64,000 nucleotides of DNA from Octopus vulgaris (GCA_951406725.2 OX597816.1:18972001-19036000); one strand, 5' to 3'. Shown: positions 26,031-38,893, counted from the first letter of the stretch. Translations and numbers: made by a program. Notes: generated by a model not told the origin, from the sequence alone.

Positions 26031-26819
26031 TAGCAGGGATACCTGGCGTTGCCCGCGTTAAATGCAATTGAAGAAGTTGAATTTTCGGTTATATTTTCTG
26101 TAATGAATTTAAACAACCTATGATAAATTGCGGATGAGGGTTCTTTCTCTCTTTACACACACTAGAAACGTTGTAATCATGACACATGTATCCCATACTA
26201 CCGAATTTTATGCGGAGATTCCAAAATTCTAGTTTTATAACACCTGTTAAAAGGATTTTACTCCCGAAGAATGGAGATCATGGTGCTCTAAATTAACTGT
26301 TGAGAATCTTTTTTTTTATCTCGGCTATTATATCAATTGTTTGAATTTCTTTGAAATAGGAAATATATGTATGCTCACTGGGTTTGTAAAAGAGAGCAAA
26401 GCTACAGGAAACCAAATGATGAATGATCACAATAAGTAGACAGCTACCGTACCTTAGTCGTTACCACTCCCCAAATTGGACATATTGTCCATTAACCATA
26501 TAGTTTCTTTCACAATGCGCACGCTACTCGAAAAAAGTTGGACAGAAATTTCTAAAAAATTTAATTATTGCCATATCGGACCGATTTCAGCGTTAGCTAA
26601 TAATAGCCCTCAGTGATACATGTGGCAAAAGAAATAAATGAGATACTTACTCATACCCATGGAAGAAGCAAATACTAAGTCATGAGCACAATTAAGTACC
26701 CCAAATACATCCAAAATAGAAATACTCTATCCCATTCGAGACACGTGCGATTTAAACTGATGCTCTCACAGAGTGAAAGAGTCCGGAAGTGAACGCTTAA
26801 ATTTATATCTAATGTAGGA
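26030..26819 (-). mobile_element. Probable non-autonomous Helitron, diverged/composite
   Basis: Minus-strand 3' end cgcgggcaacgccaggtatccctgCTAG|t is related to the ends at 39283 and 63039; candidate 5' end a|TCctacattagatataaa is uncertain. Confidence 0.55.
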
Positions 26820-27280
26820 TAAATTTTTTTCGAAAAAAATTATTTTCCAAAAATAATCTTATCAATGGCCAGCATATAAAAAATTACCTTTAAAGGTTAA
26901 AATTATAAACAATTCATAAATGAGGGCAAACGAAAAAATTTCTAATGCCAAATATGCCGAAAAATTGGACATAATGTCCATTAACCATATAATTTCTTTC
27001 ACAATACGCACGCTATCGGTCCGATATGGTAATAATGGAATTTTTAAGAAATTTCTGTCCAACTTTTTTCGAGTAGCGTGCGTATAGTGAAATAAATTAC
27101 ATGGTTAATGGACAATATGTCCAATTTTTCGGCATATTTGGCATTATAATTTTTTTCGTTTGCCCTTATTTATGAATTGTTTATAATTTTAACCTTTAAT
27201 GGTATTTTTTAATATGTTGGCCATTGATAAAATTTTTTGTGGAAAATAATTTTTTTCGAAAAAAATGTTATCCTCACATT
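26811..27280. repeat. Foldback repeat family E: ~205 bp inverted arms with 58 bp spacer
   Basis: 26811-27015 versus reverse complement of 27074-27280; extra partial copy at 26473-26585; related copy at 60659-60885. Confidence 0.9.
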
Positions 27281-27321
<41 letters not shown>

Positions 27322-27375
27322 TAGATATATACATATACATATATGTATATATGTATGTATGTATGTATGTATATA

Positions 27376-27522
27376 TTTCCTTTTTCCTGTAGACTTATCT
27401 GTTTCACCTGTATCTGATGAAGAGCTATGGTCGAAACGAGGAACAACTACTTTTTCCTTCGAGCGAAATATTAATACATTGCTTGTCCTACATTTTTGTA
27501 TCATTTTCTATTTATTTTCCTG

Positions 27523-27530
<8 letters not shown>
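27376..27530 (+). mobile_element. Short unit between TA tracts with a degenerate hammerhead motif (27414-27437)
   Basis: CTGATGA a GAGC tat GgTC GAAAC then a T-rich tail running into (TA)n. Confidence 0.5.
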
Positions 27531-27570
<40 letters not shown>

Positions 27571-27605
27571 TGTATGTATTGATAGATATTTATATGTATG
27601 TTTAT

Positions 27606-27662
<57 letters not shown>

Positions 27663-28613
27663 TGTATGTATTGATAGATATTTATATGCATAAATAAATA
27701 CATACATACACTATGTATGTGGGTGTCTGTATGTGCTTCTATACATTTGGAATAGGTGCTTTGTTTTCCAGCCCTAAGTAAAGGTTTGAGAAATCGATTT
27801 ACATAACTTTATCACAAAATATTTGCGCGAATATTTTGAATAGAATTTTACAAACGTAACGATATATATTTGATCGGAAAATTTTATGTATACAAACAAC
27901 AGAAAGGAATTAAGTTTGGAAAAGTGAAATACATCATGAACTCTGTCTAAAGTAGTGTAAAATATATTGCTATCAATTTATTAGGTAATATTTCGTGTAA
28001 AACATTCAGATAAATATCGTAACTAAACAATAATTATCGATAGTAGATTTAGTGCTACATTAGAAAATTTGTGTGACTCTAGTTATATCAACAACGCATT
28101 TGTTATTATCAATATTGCAAATTATGTTTGTTGGCTGTGTTTTGGAGTTAACAATAACAGCAGAAATGTGTGTTACACTCATTCCTTCCATATATGATAG
28201 AAAATTATAAATTTCCAATAAAAATATTTCAATATTTTTTATTGGTATACAATTTTGTAAAACTAGGAAAATATTCTGTAACAAAGTAAAATGTTTAAAA
28301 AAATTATAAGTTAATGGTTCTAGTTATATTGAATAGCATCTAATAGAATAAATGGGAGGAAATGTAAATCATACTACATCGTTATTGTACAGAACTCAAA
28401 TTTAGCTGTGTACCATCGACAAGCCGAAACAAAGACATGTCTAGCAATATATATCATTTTATATATATATATATATATACATATATGCATGTATGTATGT
28501 ATAAGCAATCAGACTTCTGACTTACAGTGAGCGTGTGCACACACACGTACACGCACAAAGCCATGTATATATGTACATTACAGGGACATATGCATATTAG
28601 CATTAGAAATGTG

Positions 28614-28656
<43 letters not shown>

Positions 28657-28979
28657 CTGTGTCTGTTGGTGTGCATAATGGTATAATGTGTTAATTTCTA
28701 TATTTTTTGTATCTATATTCCATTTATTCTGATTAGTTCACTAAGATTGTGGAGACAGAATCACATAGATGCAGATTCAATGTTTAAAGAAAACTTCACT
28801 GTGATATACTGTGTATTGCATTACTCATATCCTAGAACATAAACACACACACACATAGACACACACATACACACACACACACTCACGCACACACACGCAT
28901 ATGCATATGTATATATATTGATCAAATCAGTTTGATTATAATTCCGTAATATCTAAAGTCTCAAAGTTCTGGAGCTTAC

Positions 28980-29212
28980 TCGTCGGGCAGTGGAAATTGC
29001 TCTAGACACCGTTGAGCGCAATCCACGAATGTCTGACAAATCGTTATCCATACATGTAACTCCAAATAAATGTATTGAGTGTCCTTCTTTCATAACTAAT
29101 TTCCAGATTTTGGTGTAGCAATATCACCATATTTGAAACCTGTATGAACTTTTATTCCGTCTATGTATCTGGTGGCATCATCGTCGTACATTCGGCTATA
29201 GTTTGGTTCAAA
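28980..29212 (-). CDS. Candidate host-gene exon; possible coding part 29093-28980 MKEGHSIHLFGVTCMDNDLSDIRGLRSTVSRAISTARR
   Basis: Acceptor-like tatatttctAG| before 29212, donor cga|GTAAGC after 28980, non-repetitive balanced composition; peptide not recognised. Confidence 0.25.
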
Positions 29213-29678
29213 CTAGAAATATACACACATATATGAAGAATTAGGGAGAAAGTGGATGAAAGTGAGAGATTCAAAGAAAATTGCGTGTTATTATTTTTTC
29301 AAATCTTTTGTTAATGATGATTTAGCTTGTGTATGTTGTAAATTCTGGAACACATTAAGATATAATTGTCTACGGATCTTTTGACGTGTTATTTGTCATT
29401 ACTTCTTAAAGATTGTCATAGACAGAACGTCTCCTGAAACTCTTAGTTGCTAGGACATTCAAGTACACATGAAATGCATTGTTATTTAAATGAAATCTTG
29501 TATACTGCTGTACACACGTATATGTATGTTTGTGTGTGTATGTTTATTTGAATGCGCATGTGTGTGTCGGTTTTGTGTGTGTATGTTGTGTGAGTGTGGT
29601 TGTGCGCATGATGTCCATGAATACCCTGGATTAATGCCAACTGATATAATGAAATAGAATGTTTGTCTAGAGTATTTA

Positions 29679-29719
<41 letters not shown>

Positions 29720-29746
29720 ATAAAATACTTCTTACATTTCCTAGCT

Positions 29747-29929
29747 CAGGGGGCCTCAACTGTTTTAATATCCTGGCATGATCCCAAACCTGGATCTTTT
29801 TAATGGACTGCAACATACAAAATAAAACACAAGTCAATCACAGAAAAAATTACATTTATTGAGGGTAGATCCTCAAGGACCGCTGGAAGGAAGTTTGAGG
29901 GTCCGAAATTTGACTTAAGAGGACGTTGA
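29747..29929. mobile_element. Possible degenerate hAT-type MITE
   Basis: Starts cagggggcctcaactgtttt (Charlie-like TIR) after cctagct; right end only weakly complementary. Confidence 0.3.
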
Positions 29930-29960
29930 TTAGTAATTTAAACCGCTTCTGCTAATTGCG

Positions 29961-30123
29961 AAATGATGAACTTAAATGATGAACTTAATGATGAACTTAA
30001 TGATGAACTTAAAAAAAAAAACAATCCTTCTTATATTTGGTGTGTGTAATTGATTATTATTAATGATGAACTTAAAAAAAAAAACAATCCTTCTTATATT
30101 TGGTGTGTGTAATTGATTATTAT
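29961..30123. repeat. 12-13 bp minisatellite (aatgatgaactt) running into an exact 63 bp tandem duplication
   Basis: 29998-30060 repeated at 30061-30123. Confidence 0.9.
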
Positions 30124-32147
30124 TTATTATACACTAATTTGATTGCAGGTGTAAATATTTTCTTCATTGTGATTAATGAAACCATTACACGATTTCTTTC
30201 TTTGAAAACACATGTTTACCCGCTCAAAATTAATTTTTATTATCTTTTACAAACTTTAAGCCCGGTCCAATATGAAGGAAAACCTATCCACCCATAATGA
30301 TAATCATTTAAAAATATACATTATACTGATATTTTATTTTGTGCACATAATCTTCTATATCTAACTTCTCTTTTGAAATACAGAATAATAAGATACAACA
30401 ACAATAATAATTTAACAAGGCTTTCATCTTCAATATTTCCTATGGAATCTGTTCACTGTGTACTTTACTTTTTATCCTCTGACCTGAATTATAAAAATTT
30501 TCAATAAAGACTTCATAATCTCCCTCTCAAGCTTTGAGGCACATGGCCCTATTCGGAAGCAAGCCTTACAAATAAAGTAATATTACATTTTGCTTTATAT
30601 AATGACACATTAATGTAATTCAAACACAATGTAGAGCTGGGTTAGCATCATATTTTATGTTATCATGACCGAATGATTATTCTGAACAGGTTACTTCTTT
30701 AGAAGATTTCAGATGAGCTGAAATGAAGCATTGTGGAATTTGTTTGTAACTTATATTGCCAGAAGGCAAACGGAATGTGAATATATTGTTTAAAAAAAGT
30801 ATGTCATACTTTCTGACTAATTTCACTAAAGTGCTCATGAATCGATATTTACAAGATCTGAACTTAATAGTACAAAGTTTGGCAAGGAGAATAGCTTGAG
30901 CTTAAGTCTCTGAATACTTCGTTAAGATGGTATAATGGAAGTGGAAAGATTAATGAAACAAATACAAGTTGATACTATGTTTATATCGTAACATCAATTA
31001 TTATTAATGAAGTATACACAAGATTTCTCATTAAAATGCGAAAACGTATATCACTTAATAATTCACATATTAGAAAGATAGCTAATTTTTTTTTATTTAC
31101 GAGATACATACACATAAACATATATGCGTGCATACATATTTACATACATAGTTAATATACATACATACATGCATACATACATACATACGTACATACATAC
31201 AGCCAGTCACATACACTTGCATTGGGGATGATTTTAAACTGATACTTGTAGTGAGGATCTGCTGGAGCCTAGCGGAAGGTATTTAAAGGGAAAAAAATTG
31301 ACAAGTCAGTCAATCGCCGGCTGAGATTCTTTGACGCTACACCCAAGAGACCAGGGAACAGAAGAAAGAAGAAGAAAGGAGAAAATCACCCAACACCAGA
31401 GCTGAAGACACCTCCGAAACGAGGGGGGAGCCGCCACGTCAAAACGTAGAGTAGGAGCTGAAACCAGACGTGGTTCCTCCTGGTGATGTCTTGAGCTAAC
31501 TGGATCCTATAGATGAGCTGTTGTGGCAGCAAACCACGAAACACGGTTGTAATTTGTTTTCGAGTCAGGATCGAACTGGGATTCTCCTTGTCTCTTCGTC
31601 ACCTCTCAGCGACCCATTAATGGATCCCGTCGCCGGGTCTCATCACTGGCTCCACGAAGTGACTAGGAGAATCACAAATCAGCTTAGACTGGAATTCAAG
31701 AAGTAGAATCCTTCAGGCGGACACTTGCTATCTTCGATAGCTTTGAGGCAACTCTAGTGTAAGTGGATATACCCGGCCCCGTAAATCAGTTCACCAAGGA
31801 GAAGGCCACTCCGGCGTAAAACCTTCCGAGTTAATACAACTTTCTGGTGTCCGCAATTAACTTCGCCAGATAAGCCACTAGTGTAAAGTTTTAAGTGTAA
31901 AATTTGCCATGGAATTGTGCCGACTGAAACCCACTTTAGAACTACTAAATGCAGACCGAATAAAAAAGATGTGCAGAACCAAGAATCGATTTACATTAGT
32001 ACTTCAGAATGTGATGTTCTTTCTCACATTCGTCGGACATGATGAAATTGCTAATATCATCATACACATACACACACACTCATATTCCCACACATAAACG
32101 CACACACACTGGGAAGCACACCAAAGCATACAAATATACATGTATAC

Positions 32148-32257
<110 letters not shown>

Positions 32258-32493
32258 CATACATACATACATATGTATATAAACACACATGTATATATAA
32301 CATATATATATATATATATATAATGTGAAATAGAAAGATGAATAATCTGTACATTTAACCGATACCTTAGTAGCAAAAATCACAGCAGTAAAACAGCTCG
32401 GTTGCAGGTACAACCATATGGTGTTGCAACCGTGCGTTGGTGCGATAATTGAAATTAGAACATTATTGGTGAATTGAAGAAATGGATAACGCA

Positions 32494-32729
32494 GATTGAA
32501 CAGAAATCGTTTTATTTCATTCTACACGTGTTTCGAAAGGCACAAATTACCAAAATCCGATGGAATAATGGGACCATATTGTGTCTTTCTATTCAGGAAG
32601 AAAATAGGAAATATTTTCTTCTATTTTCTTCCTGAAGAGAAAGACACAATATGGTCCATTATTCCATCGGATTTGGTAATTGTGCCTTTCAACACGTGTA
32701 GAATGAAATAAAACGATTTCTGTTCAATC
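32494..32729. repeat. ~236 bp palindrome
   Basis: gattgaacagaaatcgttttatttcattctacacgtgtt... versus ...aacacgtgtagaatgaaataaaacgatttctgttcaatc. Confidence 0.95.
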
Positions 32730-32809
32730 GGTTCAGCTATAATACCATATGTTATATATATATATATATATAATATATATATACATATGCATTATATATA
32801 TTACATAAC

Positions 32810-32995
32810 TGCTTACATAACTGGGTATATTAGCTGTGAATGGGGCCCGGCGAAGATGTGAGTTATAAATCTTGGCACAGAGCTAGCTAAGTTAGACACG
32901 GCCGTGTCTAACTTAGCTAGCTCTGTGCCAAGATTTATAACTCACATCTTCGCCGGGCCTCCATTCACAGCTAATATACTCCAGTTATGTAAGCA
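32810..32995. repeat. ~186 bp zero-spacer palindrome centred at 32901/32902
   Basis: ...agctagctaagttagacacgg|ccgtgtctaacttagctagct...; arms differ by two 1-nt indels. Confidence 0.97.
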
Positions 32996-33422
32996 TTTGC
33001 CAAACCGAGTTATATTGAGGCCATATCAAAAGAAACTTATAAAACTTGTACTTAATTGAAAGTTACAAATATCCTGTTCAGTCCTTTATTACAATTTGAC
33101 GTGCATTCCTACTGTTGATTTCCTTTATGCTACATCGTTAACACTTTCAGAGTTTAGGATATTATCATCATCAGTCTTGTTTTCTATTTTAAATGTGATA
33201 CTGATCCTCCGATTCTCATCCATCGATACTGATCTATTCATTCTCATCAACACATACCGATCAACTGCTTCTAATGAACCGATACTGATCACCTGATACT
33301 GCTAAAATGATTCCATCTATCTACAGGTTGATGCCGTAGACTGAAGATTGCTTAAACATTTACCATCATTGGAAATCAGATTAAAGCATCATAACTTACA
33401 AAATAAAATTGAAACCGGAATG

Positions 33423-33680
33423 GTTATAGGTGCATGAGGGGCTATAGTCACTGTTTCGACTTTAGGTGCAAGTGTGGCTATAGGCGTAGGAGTGTGTATA
33501 GGTGCAGAGTAACTATAGGCGCAGGAGTGGTTATAGACGCAGGAGTTGCTCTGTGGTGAGAAGCTTGTTTCCCAACATTGTTCTGGTTACAGTCCCGCTG
33601 TGTGGCATCTTGGGCATTGTTTTCTACCAAAGCCTTTTGAGTGAATCTGGCTGACGGAAACTGATAGAAGCGCGTCAACG
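33423..33680 (+). mobile_element. SINE family B 5' half preceded by tandem ~18 bp repeats of its own 5' end
   Basis: (tataggYgcaggagtggY)-like units at 33423-33548, then ctgtggtgagaagcttg...gtggcatcttgggca...gacggaaactga. Confidence 0.75.
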
Positions 33681-33697
33681 TTAATACAAAATATATA

Positions 33698-33917
33698 CAG
33701 TAATCTCTAGCGGTTCACCTATCGCGGTTAATCATTTAAGCTTGCGTAAATTCCTCCGTGGTGTTTTGCTTTCATAATAAAATGAATATATAATAATTAT
33801 AAAATTTAAAAAGAAGTATGCAGTGCAGTACTGTTTCTACTTCGCTGATTTTCGCCTATCGCGGAGTGGGCTGAGGTTGTTTGGAACGTAACACCCGTGA
33901 TAGTCGAGGGATTACTG
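33698..33917. mobile_element. pogo/Tigger-like MITE with TA TSD
   Basis: TA|cagtaatc...gagggattactg|TA; internal repeated cctatcgcgg. Confidence 0.8.
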
Positions 33918-35942
33918 TATATCTTTTTTATTTTGTTATTTGTTTTCTACCTTAACATTTAGTATTCTATGTATTGTGATTTTGTATTGTTATCGTCTTC
34001 AATTTTCCCATTCTCACTGCCAATAAATACATTGAATGAAACTATAAGGAGAAGCATATCCAGACAGTATTAAACTGAATGAACTAGGAAATGCTATAAT
34101 AAATTATTTAACTTAGGCTATACTGGTCACTAGAATCTTATCGATACTGGAGAATGGAGGAACTGTATTGGTAGATCGTTTGATACTTATTTAGTATATT
34201 ATTCAGCCTTGGTCGATTGCGTACTGAGTGTACATTTCCATTGGGAATCTCTCTGCATTTCATCCATCCAGTACAATGGGTAGCAGTTATATCCTGCGGA
34301 TAACTCTTTTCACTGTAGCTTATAGAAGAATAATCATAAAGCAACGTGAAGAGAAATCAATAATATTGCTTTGTGGCATTTAAATCTAACTAAAATCCAA
34401 TTTTCTTCGGTATTTGCCTTTGATATTCACGTCAAATTCTTATTTCATTGGTGAAATGGCGATGATAATATTGGCCTTCGGGCCATATTGTTAATAATAA
34501 AATTGACATTAAAATAGCAAATGATGAGTTATGCTCTTGTAGATTATAATCAGCCGAACGAACGTTTCGTTGGATTAAGCCTTCGTTTCTATGTTTCTCT
34601 TTTGAATCTTTCTAATGCCTTTCGTATCAATTCAGAATCAAATGATTGCGTAGCCTTCAAGCTGAATGCAATTAAACAGTGCGGACTCTGATAGGAATTA
34701 TCAGTTCTGAAATATTGAATTATAGTTTGGAAATAGAATTTATATTGGATCAAATATGTTAAGTAGAGATTTTATATAAATGAGTTATTCTTGTTAATAA
34801 GAAAGTGTCTCTTTATGTGAATGATGGTCTTCGGCTATAAAAATCAGTTAATATATTCATAAAATTCCTATATAAATAATACATTCATAAACTTACTATT
34901 CTCTCCCGAGCGCATATAAAATAGTCCATTACATACTGAGATTTCCTTTAGTCAAATGCTTTAACAATATCATTCGCAGTATCAGTATTTATAGTACATT
35001 TCTTAAATTTTACCATAGGTAACAACATATAAAATGGCAATTAGTAATTCTTGCAAATATTTGTTTTACCTACTTATACCATGATTTATTCTATTTCCAT
35101 TTTAACATAGAGAAATGAATAAGTTTTGATAGGGCATATATCTCTGATTGTTAGTGTACTACTTGGTATTTATATTCACGATCTCGAAATCGAATCTGAA
35201 ATAATCGTATTCATGTTCTATTAAATGAAGATGACACCGGGACTCCCTTTCTAGAATTTTCAACATACATACAATTAAGTCAAAATCTATATTAGTTTAT
35301 AGTGGTCAAAATTCGACAATGATATTCTACAGGATAAACGTTTTAGTCAAAGAATTAACCGTTAACTAGAAAGTACATTCCGCAGTGATGAATAATACAT
35401 TCGTTGCTTAAAAAACATAGTCACTCACGATCATCGTGCAAAGACGGTGCAGCGGAAAGTTCAGTGCTATATCTAAAGTATGCGTTTATATTTATACATA
35501 GTCGATTGATTTAAGAACGTTTTAGGAAAAGAGGACATGAGATAATTAATGAATTATTATGAGATAATTGATTTTAAATTGTCTTAAAGTATAACTACAA
35601 TGAAGTTAATATTAGTTGAGTTAATTAAAGGAGGATTCGTAAACGTGTTTTCTTAAGGGTTTCCACAACAAATTCAATGAGAAAGATGTTAAGAAAATAT
35701 AGCAGATATAGAAGGCATAGAGGATAATGTAATGAAAAGAATAAAATACACACCACACAAATCTTAAATATTTTTAATATGAATAAATGAATGCATTCAA
35801 GTAATACATTGTGCTGAGATGTATATAAGTGAAGTATTGTTGACATTTGCGGATTTAAATACAAAGCGTAAGCAAATTTTAAGGAACTTGCTAAAATGTC
35901 AGTAAAAGCAGAGCTTTTATAACTTATAAACAAAATCTTTCG

Positions 35943-36057
35943 ATATAAACTTACTCAGGTTTCACCAAAAGATGAATGGTTATCAATCAATTACCTTAAA
36001 ATGGTTAACCCACGAACACACGCACACACATATGCAAATATAAAGCTATATACATAC

Positions 36058-36099
<42 letters not shown>

Positions 36100-36757
36100 G
36101 TATATATATGTATGTATATATATATTTTTTTTTTTGTATATATATTTGTATGTATATATATAGTTGACACGATGTTAAGTTTGTGTATGTATGTATATAT
36201 ATAATTGGAAAGATCCTTAAGAATCCATACAATTCAAGAATTATATATATACATATGTATACGGGTGCAAAACGTTCATACACAGTCGAAAATCTCTGTG
36301 TTGATGGAGTATGTCATAACAACAAATTTCCTTGATTCCATTTGTTGTTGTCGACCAGAAGCTATAACAAAACCAGTGTGAGTAACGGCTGGTATATAAT
36401 TGCATACTTTATTTTGTACATTCATTATTTATACCGTTATTTTCTAAACCGATTATAAAAACAACAGTTTGTATATACTCCAACAGGTGAGAAAAGCCAA
36501 GTATCCTACAAACTAAATGATTGCCGTCATTACTATATACTATAAACCGTTTTGTTAATTAATCTTCTAACTAATTTTACACAATTTCTGTTTCATGACA
36601 CGATTTGATTCGCCTCTAATCCAAATAAATTCATGTAAAAGAATATAAACTTACTCAGGTTTCACCAAAAGATGAATGGTTATCAATCAATTACCTTAAA
36701 ATGGTTAACCCACGCACACACGCACACACATATGCAAATATAAAGCTATATACATAC

Positions 36758-36799
<42 letters not shown>

Positions 36800-37337
36800 G
36801 TATATATATGTATGTATATATATTTTTTTTTTTGTATATATATTTGTATGTATATATATAGTTGACACGATGTTAAGTTTGTGTATGTATGTATATATAT
36901 AATTGGAAAGATCCTTAAGAATCCATACAATTCAAGAATTATATATATACATATGTATACGGGTGCAAAACGTTCATACACAGTCGAAAATCTCTGTGTT
37001 GATGGAGTATGTCATAACAACAAATTTCCTTGATTCCATTTGTTGTTGTCGACCAGAAGCTATAACAAAACCAGTGTGAGTAACGGCTGGTATATAATTG
37101 CATACTTTATTTTGTACATTCATTATTTATACCGTTATTTTCTAAACCGATTATAAAAACAACAGTTTGTATATACTCCAACAGGTGAGAAAAGCCAAGT
37201 ATCCTACAAACTAAATGATTGCCGTCATTACTATATACTATAAACCGTTTTGTTAATTAATCTTCTAACTAATTTTACACAATTTCTGTTTCATGACACG
37301 ATTTGATTCGCCTCTAATCCAAATAAATTCATGTAAA
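35943..37337. repeat. Near-identical ~697 bp tandem duplication
   Basis: 35943-36639 and 36643-37337 separated by aga; differences seen are one substitution plus microsatellite lengths. Confidence 0.97.
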
Positions 37338-37552
37338 CATAAACTAATTTCATGTACACATAAAATAAAAAATGTTGTTTTCATATTTATGTTTATATTA
37401 TTTACGTTCCGTGGAATCCTGTGCCCATATATGCATGTATATGCCAATATATGTATGTACATATATGTGTATATATGCATAGTCATTCATATATTTTTTT
37501 ACATTATTATTTGATTGAACTCCACGCATCCATTTCCAAGTAAGTTTTATCT

Positions 37553-37615
<63 letters not shown>

Positions 37616-37749
37616 ATATACATATATCTGCAAATGTAATGTGTGACAGATATTAGGCTACCGAATAATTATCACATATGACAGATAAATTCCTCTATTT
37701 ATATAACATCGAGGTCTCTTTCATTCTTTTGTTGTCTTACCATTTCTTT

Positions 37750-37795
<46 letters not shown>

Positions 37796-38832
37796 TACTA
37801 AAATAAAGGGATATCTAGAGGTCTGCCTGATGTGCAAAACGTAGATACCAAATCACCTTCTTATCAAAATTTATTTATTAGTAGGTGGAAAACATTTAAT
37901 CATAGGACTTGTAGCTAAACGACAATAAAGGCAGCAGCAAATACAGATGGGGAATGTACGTTCTAAGATAGGGAGTTCTAATAAATGTTGTTGATGATTT
38001 TATGGCATGTATATAGAGATTCATCGAAATGTATTTAGCACGAACTCTAACTGAAATTTGAAACGGAATGTGAAGCGATTAGAGTACATATAATCTCAGT
38101 GGGGAGGTTTAGATCGGTGTACGTTCTGCCCGTGATTTCCAATAAAACAATGTGAAATTTATTACTATGATTATCAATTATTTAATTAAAGGCGCAATTA
38201 CCACGAATTAAATAATTGCATTACATTTAAGATAAACATATCGTTTTCTATTTTCTCATCAATCTCGTTACATTATTAAGTTAGTAATACAGGTTTGCTC
38301 TAATTATTCCCCTGTGAATTGTGTATAAATCTAACATTCCTTTGCAATGCAAGTGACATGTACAGATTTATAATCCGTTTTCTGAATTACATCTCCAAAG
38401 TTGTATAAATAATTGGAACGTTATCGGATATCATATGCATCCACGTAATGCTCGTGTATTTCCTCTGCGATGAGTATATGACGTATTTCAAAATAAATTA
38501 GTAATTTACAGCAATTATATTAGTGTTAAAATTGCAAGATTTGAAAGTGTGTTAGACAACGTGTAAGAAGATACATTGTGAGAACTGTACATTAATATTT
38601 TAAAGAAAATACACAAAAGAAATGCTTCACAAGTTTGTATTGTATATAATAAATAATGGGAAGTGCTAGTTCCTTCAAAATATTCATTAGTTTTCTCATA
38701 TTTTGTATTCTCCGGAAATATAATTTTGATCAATTTTATATTGTGACATTCATTACGACATTTCATCTCAGAATACATTGTATTTATGACCCTTACTGAC
38801 AATTAAAAGAAAATATTCCTTGCCACACTCAC

Positions 38833-38893
38833 CTTCTTCTTGAATTAACAGAAATCAGTTCCTCAACCAATGAAGCAGCAATTCCCTCAGCTA
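38833..38893 (-). CDS. Candidate 61 nt host-gene exon (one open frame: AEGIAASLVEELISVNSRR)
   Basis: Minus strand ttattttttcttttgtatttattacAG|tagctgagg...agaagaag|GTGAGT: polypyrimidine tract plus consensus donor. Confidence 0.4.

Noticed and set aside
31403-31450. ctgaagacacctccgaaacgaggggg as a hammerhead
   Set aside because: GAAAC falls in the loop of the cctc/gagg hairpin rather than after it, and no stem I is evident
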